Shown piece after piece: positions 1 through 10,800 of a DNA stretch of 28,978 bases. The stretch's first letter is position 1. Each line of letters opens with the position of its first letter. The notes below the pieces were generated by a model, which made no database searches, was not told where the DNA came from, and saw only the letters and a list, made by a program, of their open reading frames with translations. The DNA is from a virus: UHGV virus genome UHGV-0201389; one strand, 5' to 3'. The position numbers and the translations under genes are program-made.

Positions 1-2
1 CA

Positions 3-1859
3 AAACACATTAGACCGCCAGAAAGGAAACTACCATCACAATGGGTGGAAGATAACATTGTATTAGTCGATGGTCCTCAAGCTGGTAGTAAAGTTAAATT
101 AACCAGCTTTCAAAAAGGTATGATTGATGCTCCTTTCCTTGAGCGTAAAATCAAATATGTGTTTATGACCAGTGCGCAGATCGGAAAAACTACCATCTTG
201 AACGGTATTATCTTTAATAAGATGGCAAACGATCCGGGAAACATGATCATCGGGCAAAGTACCACAAAAGAGATGCAACAATACCTAAGCGGTAAGATCC
301 GACCAGCTATTGAAGCATGTCCGGCACTAAGCGCGGTTGTTACAGATAAAAATGACCGAAATTCGGTTAATAACAATAACCAACTCCAGCTTAAATCAAA
401 TCACTTCCTCTATATGGTTTCTTTGACCAGTCCGTCAAACTTACGAGGAAAATCAGCAAGTTACGTACTTCTTGACGAGGTTTCAGGTGCTGCTATTGAT
501 GCGGATGAAGGGAACCCCGTAGCTCTGGCTGCTAACCGCGCAACCACTTTCGGGGATGAAGCAAGAATTATCGTTTCCAGTACCCCGACCACTAAGCTGG
601 GGATCATCAATCAGGAATGGCTATCCAGCGATCAGCGTAAATTCTTCGTTCCTTGTCCTCATTGTGGGAAACACCAGGTGATCGAATGGGAAAACGTTAA
701 GTTTGAGTGGGTTAACCGTGATGGTCGCAACCTACCTGATGTAGACAGCGCCCGTTATGTTTGTCCTCACTGCCAGACTGATTGGACAGAAGGGGATCGC
801 ATTAGGGCGGTAGCTGCTGGTGAATGGAGAGCTACCCGTGAAAGTGATGTAGCCGGATTCTGGATCAGTCGTCTGTATTCACCTTTTAGCTCTATCAAAT
901 CTTGTGTTTCTGACTTCGCTCAAGCATGGCAAACCTTTGATTTGCAAAGTTTTTATAATACAGTGCTCGGACTCGTGTACGATGATCAGGAAACGGCAGT
1001 AGAAGTAAACGAACTGGAAGAACTAAAAACAGATGTTTCTGTTGAAAATATCCCAGATGACGTTATTTTCTGTTGTTCGGGAGTGGATCAGCAATTGGAC
1101 AGATGCGAATCTACTTTGTTGGGTGTAGCTAAGAACAAAATTTATATCCTCGATCACCGGATCTTTAGAGATTATAACTGTGAGAGGTACGAATCACCTG
1201 TTTGGGACCGATTAATCAACTTCCAGAAAAGCCAGTTTGTCACTGTATCCGGTCATCGTGTACCAATGCTGGCATGTTTCCTCGATACATCAAACGGTAA
1301 ATTCACACAAGCTGGCTACCGTATATGTTCCAAATGGAAAAATCTTCATGCCATTAAGGGCAGTTCATCTGGTAATGCTCCAATCATTCCGGTGAAGCCT
1401 ACCACCACGGGCGGTCATGAATTGCTTATGCTGGGCGTTAACGTTGGTAAAACTGCTGTTCGTGAGCTATTAACACGCAACTTGAAAGACAATCCTCATA
1501 TTGGCCTAGAAATATCAGAAACCGTTCCTGATGATTATCTCGATCAGCTTTTGAGTGAATCCATCAAGCGTACTGTTACTGGAACACGTTGGGTAAAAAA
1601 TCCAGGTACGACACGAAACGAGGCGCTCGACTGTCTGGTTTATAGCTACGCGGCATCCCGCTACGTTCTTTCAAAAATGTCATGGGATAAACTCATTGCA
1701 CTGAAAGAAAAGCTGAACCGCGAGAAGGAAGAACCCGTAGAAGCTCCTAAATCGCAATCTAACGAGCAAATCGAAGAAAGTAAGCCAATCACACGACCGC
1801 AACGTCAAAACATCGTGAGACGTCCAAATAGAGGCCGTGGCTGGGTAACATCGTTCTAA
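3..1859 (+). CDS. terL: Terminase large subunit, 5'-partial (frame is open to window start; listed start at 45 is GTG with no SD)
   Basis: P-loop-like SAQIGKTT and Walker B-like VLLDE near the N-terminus; Cys pairs CPHCGKH / CPHCQTDW; acidic C-terminal half; sits immediately upstream of the portal gene. No start codon or RBS between positions 3 and 45. Confidence 0.8.
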   Translation, partial: KHIRPPERKLPSQWVEDNIVLVDGPQAGSKVKLTSFQKGMIDAPFLERKIKYVFMTSAQIGKTTILNGIIFNKMANDPGNMIIGQSTTKEMQQYLSGKIRPAIEACPALSAVVTDKNDRNSVNNNNQLQLKSNHFLYMVSLTSPSNLRGKSASYVLLDEVSGAAIDADEGNPVALAANRATTFGDEARIIVSSTPTTKLGIINQEWLSSDQRKFFVPCPHCGKHQVIEWENVKFEWVNRDGRNLPDVDSARYVCPHCQTDWTEGDRIRAVAAGEWRATRESDVAGFWISRLYSPFSSIKSCVSDFAQAWQTFDLQSFYNTVLGLVYDDQETAVEVNELEELKTDVSVENIPDDVIFCCSGVDQQLDRCESTLLGVAKNKIYILDHRIFRDYNCERYESPVWDRLINFQKSQFVTVSGHRVPMLACFLDTSNGKFTQAGYRICSKWKNLHAIKGSSSGNAPIIPVKPTTTGGHELLMLGVNVGKTAVRELLTRNLKDNPHIGLEISETVPDDYLDQLLSESIKRTVTGTRWVKNPGTTRNEALDCLVYSYAASRYVLSKMSWDKLIALKEKLNREKEEPVEAPKSQSNEQIEESKPITRPQRQNIVRRPNRGRGWVTSF

Positions 1860-1864
1860 TAACT

Positions 1865-1895
1865 CGCCGTCCTTCGGGGCGGCTTACTCCTAAAT
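1865..1895 (+). terminator. Putative intrinsic terminator after terL
   Basis: GC stem GCCGTCC/GGGCGGC closing a TTCG tetraloop, followed by a U-rich stretch. Confidence 0.45.
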
Positions 1896-1932
1896 ATTGT
1901 TAATCCAAATAACAATTAAATAAGGGGTAATT

Positions 1933-2430
1933 ATGAGTTTAGAACTAATTCCCTTAGTAATTCGTAAAGGCGAAAAAATCACGCTGGCGAATGAAGAGGG
2001 TGTAACCATTCAGGTCGGAAATAGTAAAGCTATCGTTTATCAAGTCGATGATGCACCGGAAAATCACGAGATTAAAACATTAGACTTCCCAGAAGGAAAA
2101 ATGACCATCGTTATTACTCGTGACGATGAATTAATCTCTATGCAGGAATTAACTGTATTGCCAGTATTCCAGAAACAGACCAAGAAAGACTATCTACGCG
2201 AAACGATTACTTTAATCGAAAATACCATCTACGCACGCCTTGCAAATGATGAAAGTGCTTTAGCCGCAATGACCATAAAAGGGAACTCGTTCACATACGA
2301 ATCTATTTCGGTATTGCAGCAACTGAAAAAGGACTACGAAAAACAACTCGTAAAACTGATTCAGCAAGAACGCCGCAAAGCTGGCAATTACTCACCGATC
2401 ACACCGATTAAAGTACGCTTAACTCGATAA
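1933..2430 (+). CDS. Hypothetical protein (165 aa) between terminase and portal
   Basis: ORF preceded by the recurring TAAGGGGTAATTATG initiation motif; no recognisable catalytic motifs. Confidence 0.7.
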   Translation: MSLELIPLVIRKGEKITLANEEGVTIQVGNSKAIVYQVDDAPENHEIKTLDFPEGKMTIVITRDDELISMQELTVLPVFQKQTKKDYLRETITLIENTIYARLANDESALAAMTIKGNSFTYESISVLQQLKKDYEKQLVKLIQQERRKAGNYSPITPIKVRLTR

Positions 2431-2439
2431 GGATTTAAC

Positions 2440-3963
2440 ATGTTTAATTTTTTCAAACGCAAAAAAGATATACCCGTGAATCCGGTTAAGAAAATCGGTA
2501 TTCGCCAGCACCGCAAATTATTTGTAGATCGTAAAATCGAAGAATTCACTAAGGATTTACAAAAACGCTCAATGGGTCTACAGGAAAACGACCGATTAGA
2601 GGGCAGTATGGCGCGTCAGGTTATCGCTGGCAGCATTAACAGTGCAATCAAGGGATCTGCATCACGTCTATACAATCAAGGCCGTCACCTTGCTTTGCAT
2701 ACGTCTATCGGTGCTCGTTATTGCCAGCACGTAATTGATTCCGTGGTAGGCACTGGTTTACAGCCGCGCACCTTCGTTATGAAGGGTAATGAATTGGACG
2801 TTGAGACTAACACCGCTATTGAGAATGCTTTTTGGCGTTGGGCGCGTTCTCAGAAACGATTCTCACGCAACGGAAAAGTTAACTTCCTTGAATGCTTAAA
2901 GCTAATGGAAAAAGAGCGTGTGATGGGTGGTGATGCGTTTCTGGTACTCCATGAAGATGGTAAGGATCTGCAAGTATCCATTTACGGCGCGGATTATGTT
3001 GATTGGGCGGACCAGCGCGTTTTAGACAACGGTAATACTGTTTACGCTGGCATCGAATATGAAGATGAAAAACCCGTTGCATATTGGTTTAGACGTCGTG
3101 ACATGTTCACGCAATCTTTCAGCACCGACCGTTATCGTATTCCGGCTGAACGAGTATTTCACTACTTTATCCCTAGCACAGCCGAAGCATTACGCGGCGT
3201 TACTGATTATTTGCCAGTAATTAAAGATATTGCTCACATGGATAGTTTTAGAGAAACAACGATAATTTCTAAACGTGTGGCCGCAAGTAGCATGGGCTTC
3301 ATCACAAGCGACAAAGAAAGTCAAGACTCTTTTGATGTTGGTGAAGACGAGACGGAAAACTATCAACCACCGACAATGATCACCGACTTCGAACCGGGCG
3401 CTATCCACCAATTAGAACCGGGGCAAGATATTAAAACGGTACAATCAAATCAGGGCGGTGATGATTTCGATAAATTTAATGAGGCCATGCTAACGGCAAT
3501 TGCGATGGGTCTCTCCAGCTTTAAACAAGCCCTTACGGGAGATACAAGTTCAATTAACTACTCCAGCGCGAAATTCGGTCATAATATTGAATCCGCTCGC
3601 TTTAAGACGCATCAAGATCGCTTAATTGACACGGTCATCCTTCCGTTATTTCAAGCATTTCTTGAACACGCGGTGATTAACTCTAAAATTAATGTTCGTA
3701 TGACTCAGATCGAATCTATTTTAGATGCAACGACAATTATTAGACCGCGCGTTACGTCAATTGAACCCATCAAAGATATAAACGCGGAAGTTCTCCTGAT
3801 TGACAAGGGTTTAAAATCTAAATCTGCGGTTATTATGGAAATGGGCTACGATCCTGAACAGACATTTAAGCAAATTGAATCAGAGAGACACGCACTAAAT
3901 ACATGCGTCGTGAGTGAGGGTGAGACTGAAAAAGAAAAATTGCCTGATACTCAAAATGAATAA
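2440..3963 (+). CDS. Portal protein
   Basis: 507 aa ORF directly after terL and before the capsid gene; size, acidic C-terminus and gene order typical of portals; SD AAGGA upstream. Confidence 0.75.
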   Translation: MFNFFKRKKDIPVNPVKKIGIRQHRKLFVDRKIEEFTKDLQKRSMGLQENDRLEGSMARQVIAGSINSAIKGSASRLYNQGRHLALHTSIGARYCQHVIDSVVGTGLQPRTFVMKGNELDVETNTAIENAFWRWARSQKRFSRNGKVNFLECLKLMEKERVMGGDAFLVLHEDGKDLQVSIYGADYVDWADQRVLDNGNTVYAGIEYEDEKPVAYWFRRRDMFTQSFSTDRYRIPAERVFHYFIPSTAEALRGVTDYLPVIKDIAHMDSFRETTIISKRVAASSMGFITSDKESQDSFDVGEDETENYQPPTMITDFEPGAIHQLEPGQDIKTVQSNQGGDDFDKFNEAMLTAIAMGLSSFKQALTGDTSSINYSSAKFGHNIESARFKTHQDRLIDTVILPLFQAFLEHAVINSKINVRMTQIESILDATTIIRPRVTSIEPIKDINAEVLLIDKGLKSKSAVIMEMGYDPEQTFKQIESERHALNTCVVSEGETEKEKLPDTQNE

Positions 3964-3968
3964 CCAAC

Positions 3969-3995
3969 GGGGGCGCAATGCCCCCAATAATTTTC
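3969..3995 (+). terminator. Weak hairpin/terminator after portal
   Basis: GGGGGC-gcaat-GCCCCC hairpin followed by a short T run. Confidence 0.3.
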
Positions 3996-4005
3996 AAGGT
4001 GATCT

Positions 4006-6066
4006 ATGACAGCAAAAAAATTACGTCGTAGCGTTGCGGTAGATGCCCCTGATTTTATCGAAGAAAAAGACGAACGAATTATTGAATTGGCTTTCTCTAG
4101 CGAGGCTCCTTATACACGTTATTACATGAATCAGGACGGCGAGCAAGTCGAATTAAAAGAGATTCTCGTACACGATGAATCAGCGGTTGATCTATCCGTT
4201 TTAAACGAAACTAACGCAAGTCTTCTGTTTAATCACAATCTGGATCTTCATATCGGCAAGATTGTTCCTGGCTCCGCTCGTATCGATGAAGATCGTGTAG
4301 GCCGTTGTCTTGTTCAATTCTCCAAAGTAGGCCAACTGGCTAATGAATGCTTTGAGAAGGTAAAGGAATCCACATTATCACAGGTTAGCGTCGGTTATAA
4401 CGTTCTTGATGGTAAAGCCGATTTTAGCAAAGGGATCTATTACGTTACTCGCTGGCAACCATATGAAGTAAGCATTGTTACGTGTGCCGCAGATCCGTTT
4501 AATGCTGGTGTTGGACGCTCTCTAAATACAGACAACGAAATGATTGTTTTGGAGGGTGAACAAGTGGAAGACGAAATTAAAGAAGAAATTAAACCGGAAG
4601 ATGAAGAAAAACGTTCCGAAGAAGATAAAGAGGAACAGGAAAATGAAGAAATTGATTCCGATTCTGGAAATAGTGTTAACAGTGGCGAAGATGTGGAAAA
4701 CCCGCAAGAAGTAACGCCAGAAGAAAAAGAAAAACGTTCCGAAGATGAACCGGAAGAAGAAATTAAACCGGAAGAAACAGAAGAACTAAATAAAGATACA
4801 GACGAGAACGACGAAACGGTAGAAGAATCCGAGACAGTCGAAGAAGAAAAGATTGAAGACGAAGAAAAACCGTTTGAACGTTCTCGCGAAGATACCGCCG
4901 AAATTCGTGCTATCGGAAAACATCTAAATATTCCAGAAGCAACGATTGAAGCTGCAATTAAAGATAGTGCCGTGACTATTGAAAATTTTAAAGAAAAAGC
5001 ACGCGCACTAAATACTACCGAATCTAAAACTTTTGTTAAAGGAAAAATTACCATGACCGATACCATTAAAACTCTGGAATCTCGTTTCGATCTTAATAAA
5101 GCTGTACGTGCAATCGCAGAGGGTAAAGCACTGACTGGCGCAGAAGCTGAATATTCTCAGGAAGAAGCACGTAAAGCCGCAGCGCGTGGTCGTGCACAGC
5201 GTTCTAACTCCGTATTCATTCCGGCGTCCGCTCTGCGTGCTAGCCAGAACATGGAATCTCTGAAACCTGTAGTTGGTGAAGAAATCCGCCATGATTGCTT
5301 CGTTGATATGATCATGGAACGCTCGATTCTGGGTAAATTGGGTGTTCGTACCATTAACGCAACTGGTCCGGTATCTCTGCCGTCTCTGACTTCCAGCAAT
5401 CTGGAAAACTTCGGTTTTGTTGCAGAAGGTCAATCCGCTGGTGAAGGTACTATCAAGTTTGCAGCACAGCCGATGACTCTTAAGACATTCAATGGAATTG
5501 TTCCTGTAACTCGTCAGGCTGCTATCACTCTGCCTAACATCGGTGCTATCGTTGGTGAGCACATGCTGAAACACAGTGCTATCGCTCTGGAAAAAGCGAT
5601 CCTGTCCAATGCTGCTAACCCTAACGCTCGTGATGGCCTGACTAAGATCCTGACCGACGCTGGCAAAGTTAAACAGATTGATTGGACCTATGCCGAGTTC
5701 CTGAAACTGGTTGCTGAACTCACAGACAAAGGTTTTAACGAATCTGATCTGGCATTTGCTACTCGTGGTGTTGTTAAAGCTGAACTGGCAGCGCAACTCA
5801 AAGCAGCTAATGTTCCGGGCTTCCTGGTAGAAGGCGATAAACTGGTTAACCGTCCGATCTATGGCTCTGGTGTAGTTGCTCAGGATACCATGCTGTTTGG
5901 TGACTTTAGCTCCCTTGTTGTTGCAGACTTCGGATCGCTGGAACTTGATTGCGACGATACCACAGGTCGCGCGGCTGGCAACCTGTACTTCCGTGTATGG
6001 GCTGATCTGGATTGGGCTGTTATGGACCATAGCGCACTGACCGTAGTTCAGAAGAAAGGCGAATGA
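4006..6066 (+). CDS. Prohead protease - acidic scaffold-like linker - major capsid protein fusion (686 aa)
   Basis: N-terminal ~180 aa resemble HK97-type prohead protease; residues ~185-290 are an extremely Glu/Asp/Lys-rich low-complexity region; C-terminal ~350 aa look like an HK97-fold major capsid protein and use strong high-expression codon bias. No separate protease or scaffold gene between portal and capsid. Ends in TGA. Confidence 0.8.
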   Translation: MTAKKLRRSVAVDAPDFIEEKDERIIELAFSSEAPYTRYYMNQDGEQVELKEILVHDESAVDLSVLNETNASLLFNHNLDLHIGKIVPGSARIDEDRVGRCLVQFSKVGQLANECFEKVKESTLSQVSVGYNVLDGKADFSKGIYYVTRWQPYEVSIVTCAADPFNAGVGRSLNTDNEMIVLEGEQVEDEIKEEIKPEDEEKRSEEDKEEQENEEIDSDSGNSVNSGEDVENPQEVTPEEKEKRSEDEPEEEIKPEETEELNKDTDENDETVEESETVEEEKIEDEEKPFERSREDTAEIRAIGKHLNIPEATIEAAIKDSAVTIENFKEKARALNTTESKTFVKGKITMTDTIKTLESRFDLNKAVRAIAEGKALTGAEAEYSQEEARKAAARGRAQRSNSVFIPASALRASQNMESLKPVVGEEIRHDCFVDMIMERSILGKLGVRTINATGPVSLPSLTSSNLENFGFVAEGQSAGEGTIKFAAQPMTLKTFNGIVPVTRQAAITLPNIGAIVGEHMLKHSAIALEKAILSNAANPNARDGLTKILTDAGKVKQIDWTYAEFLKLVAELTDKGFNESDLAFATRGVVKAELAAQLKAANVPGFLVEGDKLVNRPIYGSGVVAQDTMLFGDFSSLVVADFGSLELDCDDTTGRAAGNLYFRVWADLDWAVMDHSALTVVQKKGE

Positions 6067-6201
6067 AATAACGTAGAACCTTCTGTACCTTCCCCCGATT
6101 TGGGGGAAGAAAATCTGATTCCACCACAGGAAGAAGAATCCCAGACGGTTAAGGCGAAAGCCACAGCTAAAAAGGTGGGTCGTCCACCGAAAGCAAAATA
6201 A
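6067..6201 (+). other. In-frame stop-free extension after capsid TGA (44 codons, Pro/Glu-rich then KAKATAKKVGRPPKAK), candidate readthrough product
   Basis: Codon-by-codon reading shows no stop in the capsid frame from 6067 until TAA at 6199-6201; no internal ATG or SD; ends just before a strong terminator. Confidence 0.45.
6148..6171 (+). repeat. 24-nt motif GTTAAGGCGAAAGCCACAGCTAAA (copy 1 of 2)
   Basis: 22/24 nt identical to 11770-11793; both copies sit in the same frame near the end of the post-TGA extensions of the capsid and tail tube genes. Confidence 0.8.
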
Positions 6202-6206
6202 TAATT

Positions 6207-6236
6207 AGCCCTGCCTAACGGTGGGGCTTTTTTGTA
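6207..6236 (+). terminator. Rho-independent terminator after capsid gene
   Basis: AGCCCTGCC-taac-GGTGGGGCT stem-loop followed by TTTTTTGTAT; near-identical to the terminator at 12586-12616. Confidence 0.8.
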
Positions 6237-6264
6237 TGTAAATACTCCATAAAAGGGGGTACTA

Positions 6265-6555
6265 ATGAAATTAACTGATAGCCAGATTCGCAGGGCTTTA
6301 AAATTTGCAGAAGAATTTCAGAAAATAGACGGGACAATCATTAAAGCACATCACGAATTTTCACATGTAGATACTCCTGATGGTGGCGTTACCGAAAGTG
6401 AATATCTTATTTGTGCTCGTGGTGATTTAAAATCCGGTGATATTGTCATTATCGAAGGTGTACGTAATAAAGTTGGTTACATCAAAGATGACAGATCCGG
6501 CCTTATTGAAGCCTATATTACTGTAGTAGGGGGTAAACATGGCAAGTATGAATAA
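6265..6555 (+). CDS. Small head/neck-associated protein (96 aa), function unknown
   Basis: ORF with strong SD (AAAGGGGG) between capsid and tail genes; position suggests a head completion or head-tail joining role. Confidence 0.6.
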   Translation: MKLTDSQIRRALKFAEEFQKIDGTIIKAHHEFSHVDTPDGGVTESEYLICARGDLKSGDIVIIEGVRNKVGYIKDDRSGLIEAYITVVGGKHGKYE

Positions 6556-6961
6556 TATGCCTCGATTAGTTCTTAAACGCGCTTTCATGGACATTATTAC
6601 CGACCAGCTAGGGTTAGAGCTAAATGCTGAACATACGAAGCTAGCGAGCGATACAGACGCTACCGTTTGGATCGTTGAAATGAATGAAACGTTTACCCCG
6701 ATCCGTGGAAGTGGTAATGGGCAATTATCATCACTGAATATTGAATTTCAGGTCTTTTCTAGTCGTGGTGAAACAGCCGTTCATAAGGCAGTTTATGAGT
6801 TAATTAAAATTGATGCAACTAACCCGCGATTAATCGAAACAGGTATTCGTATCATGGATATTAACCCTGTAGCAAGTAACACTAGCTGGGAAGATGATTC
6901 CAGCGATGGTTATGTAGTCGCAACACTAACACTAAAAATTGACTATCAAGCGCGTTTTTAA
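6539..6961 (+). CDS. Putative head-tail connector / tail terminator-like protein (140 aa)
   Basis: ORF overlapping the previous gene by 17 nt, SD GGGGG upstream; size and position typical of neck proteins. Function is positional inference only. Confidence 0.55.
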   Translation: MASMNNMPRLVLKRAFMDIITDQLGLELNAEHTKLASDTDATVWIVEMNETFTPIRGSGNGQLSSLNIEFQVFSSRGETAVHKAVYELIKIDATNPRLIETGIRIMDINPVASNTSWEDDSSDGYVVATLTLKIDYQARF

Positions 6962-6970
6962 GGGGTAATA

Positions 6971-7804
6971 ATGAATATTACACATGATAACTTAGATATT
7001 TTTACTGGAAGCCATGTAGAAGTAAGTATTTCTAACCAGCTAGACAATCAGGTCGACTTTTTCGATCCTAGCTTTAGTGGTATGGAGAACATCGCAGCCT
7101 TTCCTACGCTGACAGAATCAACCGAGATCGAGACTTACGAAGAGTATGATCATGATGCTACTGGTAAGCTGGCTGGCTATCGCAAACTTGAACCGACTAC
7201 GCTCACAGTAAACCGAGTTCTTGACGACGAACATCAAGCAATGTTGATGAAAGCCGTAGAGGATAAAACACCTTTGCGCTTTAGAATGTTCTATGTCGTG
7301 AACTCTGGCTATAGTGCTGCTAACACTGGTTACTATGTCATTTATGATGCTTATGTCACTAGCCATAAAACTCGTGGCGGTGATAACAAAGCTGTAACTA
7401 TGGAATTCAAACTAGAACCAGATGGCGGGATTCTTGCAAGGGGTATTGCAACCGAAGGCCGGATCTTACGTCAGGGTGATTTTGGTCTGGGCGCTGGTGT
7501 AAATCCTTTCACCGGACCTATTGATAGTGAATCTCTGACAGGAAACCGCTTCGTAACCTACAAAGGAACGGCTAGCACTAACCCTTATGGTGCTGATACA
7601 TCGTTAATTCATCTTCAAGCTAATGAGCATGGCGCATGGCAATTAACGTGTAATACTTCCGGTGCTCCACGTTTGCGGGTACGAAATATTCAGGACAACG
7701 GAAAATCGGAATGGATTAAAGTCTATACAACAAATGAGAAGCCAACGCCAGCCGAAATTAATGCGGTTGCTAAGACTGATAGAATCGACTTCGGGGAATA
7801 CTGA
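6971..7804 (+). CDS. Structural protein of unknown function (277 aa)
   Basis: ORF with TAAGGGGTAATAATG initiation motif; ends in TGA but with only 3 open codons downstream; C-terminus has a KPTPAEINAV motif resembling the N-terminus of the next gene. Confidence 0.65.
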   Translation: MNITHDNLDIFTGSHVEVSISNQLDNQVDFFDPSFSGMENIAAFPTLTESTEIETYEEYDHDATGKLAGYRKLEPTTLTVNRVLDDEHQAMLMKAVEDKTPLRFRMFYVVNSGYSAANTGYYVIYDAYVTSHKTRGGDNKAVTMEFKLEPDGGILARGIATEGRILRQGDFGLGAGVNPFTGPIDSESLTGNRFVTYKGTASTNPYGADTSLIHLQANEHGAWQLTCNTSGAPRLRVRNIQDNGKSEWIKVYTTNEKPTPAEINAVAKTDRIDFGEY

Positions 7805-7828
7805 TTGCTTCTCTAAATAAAACATGAC

Positions 7829-7865
7829 GCGGGGAGGTTAATTCCTCCCTTATTCCTGTTTTATG
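7829..7865 (+). terminator. Putative terminator/hairpin upstream of the tail fibre gene
   Basis: GGGAGG-ttaatt-CCTCCC stem-loop followed by a U-rich stretch. Confidence 0.5.
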
Positions 7866-7877
7866 TGAGGTGATTAG

Positions 7878-10800
7878 ATGCAATCAATCCAATTTAAACG
7901 CACACAGACGGCTGGTAAAAAGCCAACGCCGGAACAATTACAGGTCGGTGAAATCGCTATTCAGATGGCAGACCATGTAATTTATACCAAAGATAAAAAT
8001 AACGCAGTAGTTCAAGTAAGTGTTTCTCCTGAAAGCCATAATGCTTTAAACACGAAAGTAGACAATAACAAGAAAACTACTGATTCTACTATCGCGGCAA
8101 ATAAAACCGAAGCTGCTAACGCTCTGGCTACCGCTAAATCTGAACTGAATAACACCATTACCACGAAAGATACAGCAACCAATAAGCGCATTGATGCTAC
8201 TAACACCACTGTTAGTAACTTAACCCAGACAGTTACGGCAAATAAAACCGACGCTGACAGCAAACATACCACTTTAACTAACACTGTTGCGGCAAACAAA
8301 TCAGCTATTGAAACTACCGTAGCGAATAACAAACGAGATGCGGACAATAAAATCTCAGCTTTAACCACTACGGTTAATGACAATAACACCGCGATCAATA
8401 GCCGTGTTGATGCCACCAACACCAATGTTAGCAATCTGACCAAAACCGTTACAGCTAACAAGTCTGATGCTGATTCTAAGATCTCCAGCTTAACGAGTAC
8501 CGTTGCGGCTAACAAATCAGCCATTGAAACTACGGTAGCGAACAATAAACGCGACGCTGATACGAAGATCACCAACTTAACCAACACTGTTAATAGCAAC
8601 CACACCGCCATTAACGCGAAGGTAGACAAAAACAAGACCGATGCAGATGCAGCGATTGCAGCCGCTAACCGTCGAATTGATGGTATTGAAGGTAGTGCCG
8701 ATGCTGCTTACATCAAGAAGAATACCAATACCTATCATCATGGCTATCTGTTAAGCAAGACTGCTAACTACTTTGATGATACCGGTGCTCGTAACCTTGA
8801 TTATTTTGGTGCGTTTCGTCCGAACAATGCCGAAGGGTGGGGTAACTTAATCCTTAACATTCCTCATTCTGGCGGTAAAGCACACGGTCGCGGCTTTGAG
8901 TTCCATTATGGGTCTAGCTCATCTCAGGTTAAAACCTATGGCTTTGATGCTAACGGTGCTAAAAGATTCAGCTATCGCATGTATCACGAAGGTGATAAAC
9001 CTACACCATCGGAATTGAACGTTTACAGCAAACAAGAAGTTGATCGTATGTTTGTTAAAAACGTTAAAATGTCGGTTCCTTCTGGTGATGCAACTCGTGG
9101 ATATTTTAAGATTGCAACCGCAATGATTCCGCAGCAAGGCAGAATGGCATTTATTCGCATCTATGGTGGTAACGGTTATAACGTTAATTCTTACGATCAA
9201 GTTGACTTTCTTGAAATTGTTATCCGTAGCGGCAACGGAAACCCTAAAGGAGTTAGTATTGCTGCATATCGTCGAAATGCTAAAAATATTCATCAAGTAT
9301 TTGCGGTTAACACTTCCGGTGATAACTACGATATCTACGTTAACTACGGTCGTTATACTGATAACGTTATTGTCGAATATGGTAAAACTAACGATGTTAC
9401 ACTGACGGTACATGACGTTCCTGAAATAACTCTCGTTAAGCCGTCCACTGGTGTTACTGATGGTAAAGTAATTACCATGTTTAACACAGAGAACAAAGCC
9501 GGAACTATTCGTTTTGATGATAATACACAGGGAACTTACGATATTATCAGTTTGTGTAATGATACTGGTGATGGTAAAAAATATCTTCGTCAGTTCCGTA
9601 GTAAATCAGGTCATACTATTTGGCATGAAACTGTTCAGGGTAGCGTGTACCGCCTAGCTACTGGCACTACTGACTCAAACGAAGTTCTTAAAATTACCGA
9701 CCGCACGCTGCAAACTGGTCGTGCTGTTCTTGATGGTGGTAATATTCGTTTAGAACGCCAGACAGGGAATAGTAACCTTGTTGAATATTGGGATCGTCGT
9801 AACGGTGCTAACGTTCGTCAATCATGGTTTGGTTTTGGTAATGCCGACACTAACGCATTCCAGATCTATAGTGATGCTGGTAAAAACAACTTTGCGTTAG
9901 AACAAAGCGGTCAGATCTCTCTTAATGTTGGTGCAACAAAAATTGTCCATACCAACGGGCAATATATTTCAACTAACGCTGATGCATATCGTATGATTTA
10001 CGGTAATTACGGTGCATTCTGGCGAAATGATGGTGTTAAAACCTATCTTCTGTCTACCGCCGAAAATGATAAATGGGGTAGCTGGACTGGAAACCGTCCA
10101 TTCATTTATGAATTTAGTTCCGGTAACGTTAATTTAGGTGGTGATTCCAATAAATCCGCATTGACCTTAGAAGGTGCAAGCAAAGCCGCTCGATTTGGTG
10201 GTCATGTTTATACTGGCGGTAACTTACATAATACTGGACAGCATATAACGATGGAAGCCGGACTTGCTGGACAATCCCGCGATTTTATTCGCTTTAACCA
10301 TTGGGGTGATAGCAGTAACGGTCGTGATAACGTCCTGTATGTGGAAGATAGCAAAGGACGTCATTTCAGCACCGAGCGTAATATGGCTACTGGTGGATTG
10401 AAAGCAAACTTCTTAGGAGACTTTGAAGTTGGTGGTAAATTGACATGGGGTAAAGGTACAGCACAATCCTCGTTTAACTGTCGTGTTTGGGGTAATGCTG
10501 ATCGTAAACAGGTTTTAGAGTGGGCTGATGAAAGCGGTTGGCATTTCTATAGCCAGCGTGCAGGTGGTCCAGGAACTACAGCGATTCAGTTTAGTGTAAA
10601 TGGACAAATCAACGCACAAAACTTGAACGTTTCTGGTAAGGTTACTACCCCGCAAATTAGCGCATTTGGTGTAAACGTTGCTAATGGATTAGGTGGCAAC
10701 TCAATTGTTTTGGGTGATAGTGATACTGGCTTTAAGCAAAACGGCGACGGTATTTTAGATGTATATGCTAACAATGTGGCAGTAATGCGTTTTACTTCCG

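Noticed and set aside
4440-5066. 208-aa Ser-rich minus-strand ORF and 61-aa Phe-rich ORF (4522-4707)
   Set aside because: Mirror images of the GAA/GAT-rich acidic linker of the capsid fusion gene; composition artefact.
5008-6030. 340-aa ORF on the minus strand antisense to the capsid gene
   Set aside because: Entirely inside the strongly codon-biased capsid coding region; translation is low-complexity with no RBS. Long antisense ORFs are a common artefact opposite biased genes.
8012-8635. 207-aa Leu/Val/Ala-rich minus-strand ORF
   Set aside because: Antisense to the tail fibre repeat region; its apparent hydrophobic repeats just mirror the sense-strand repeats.
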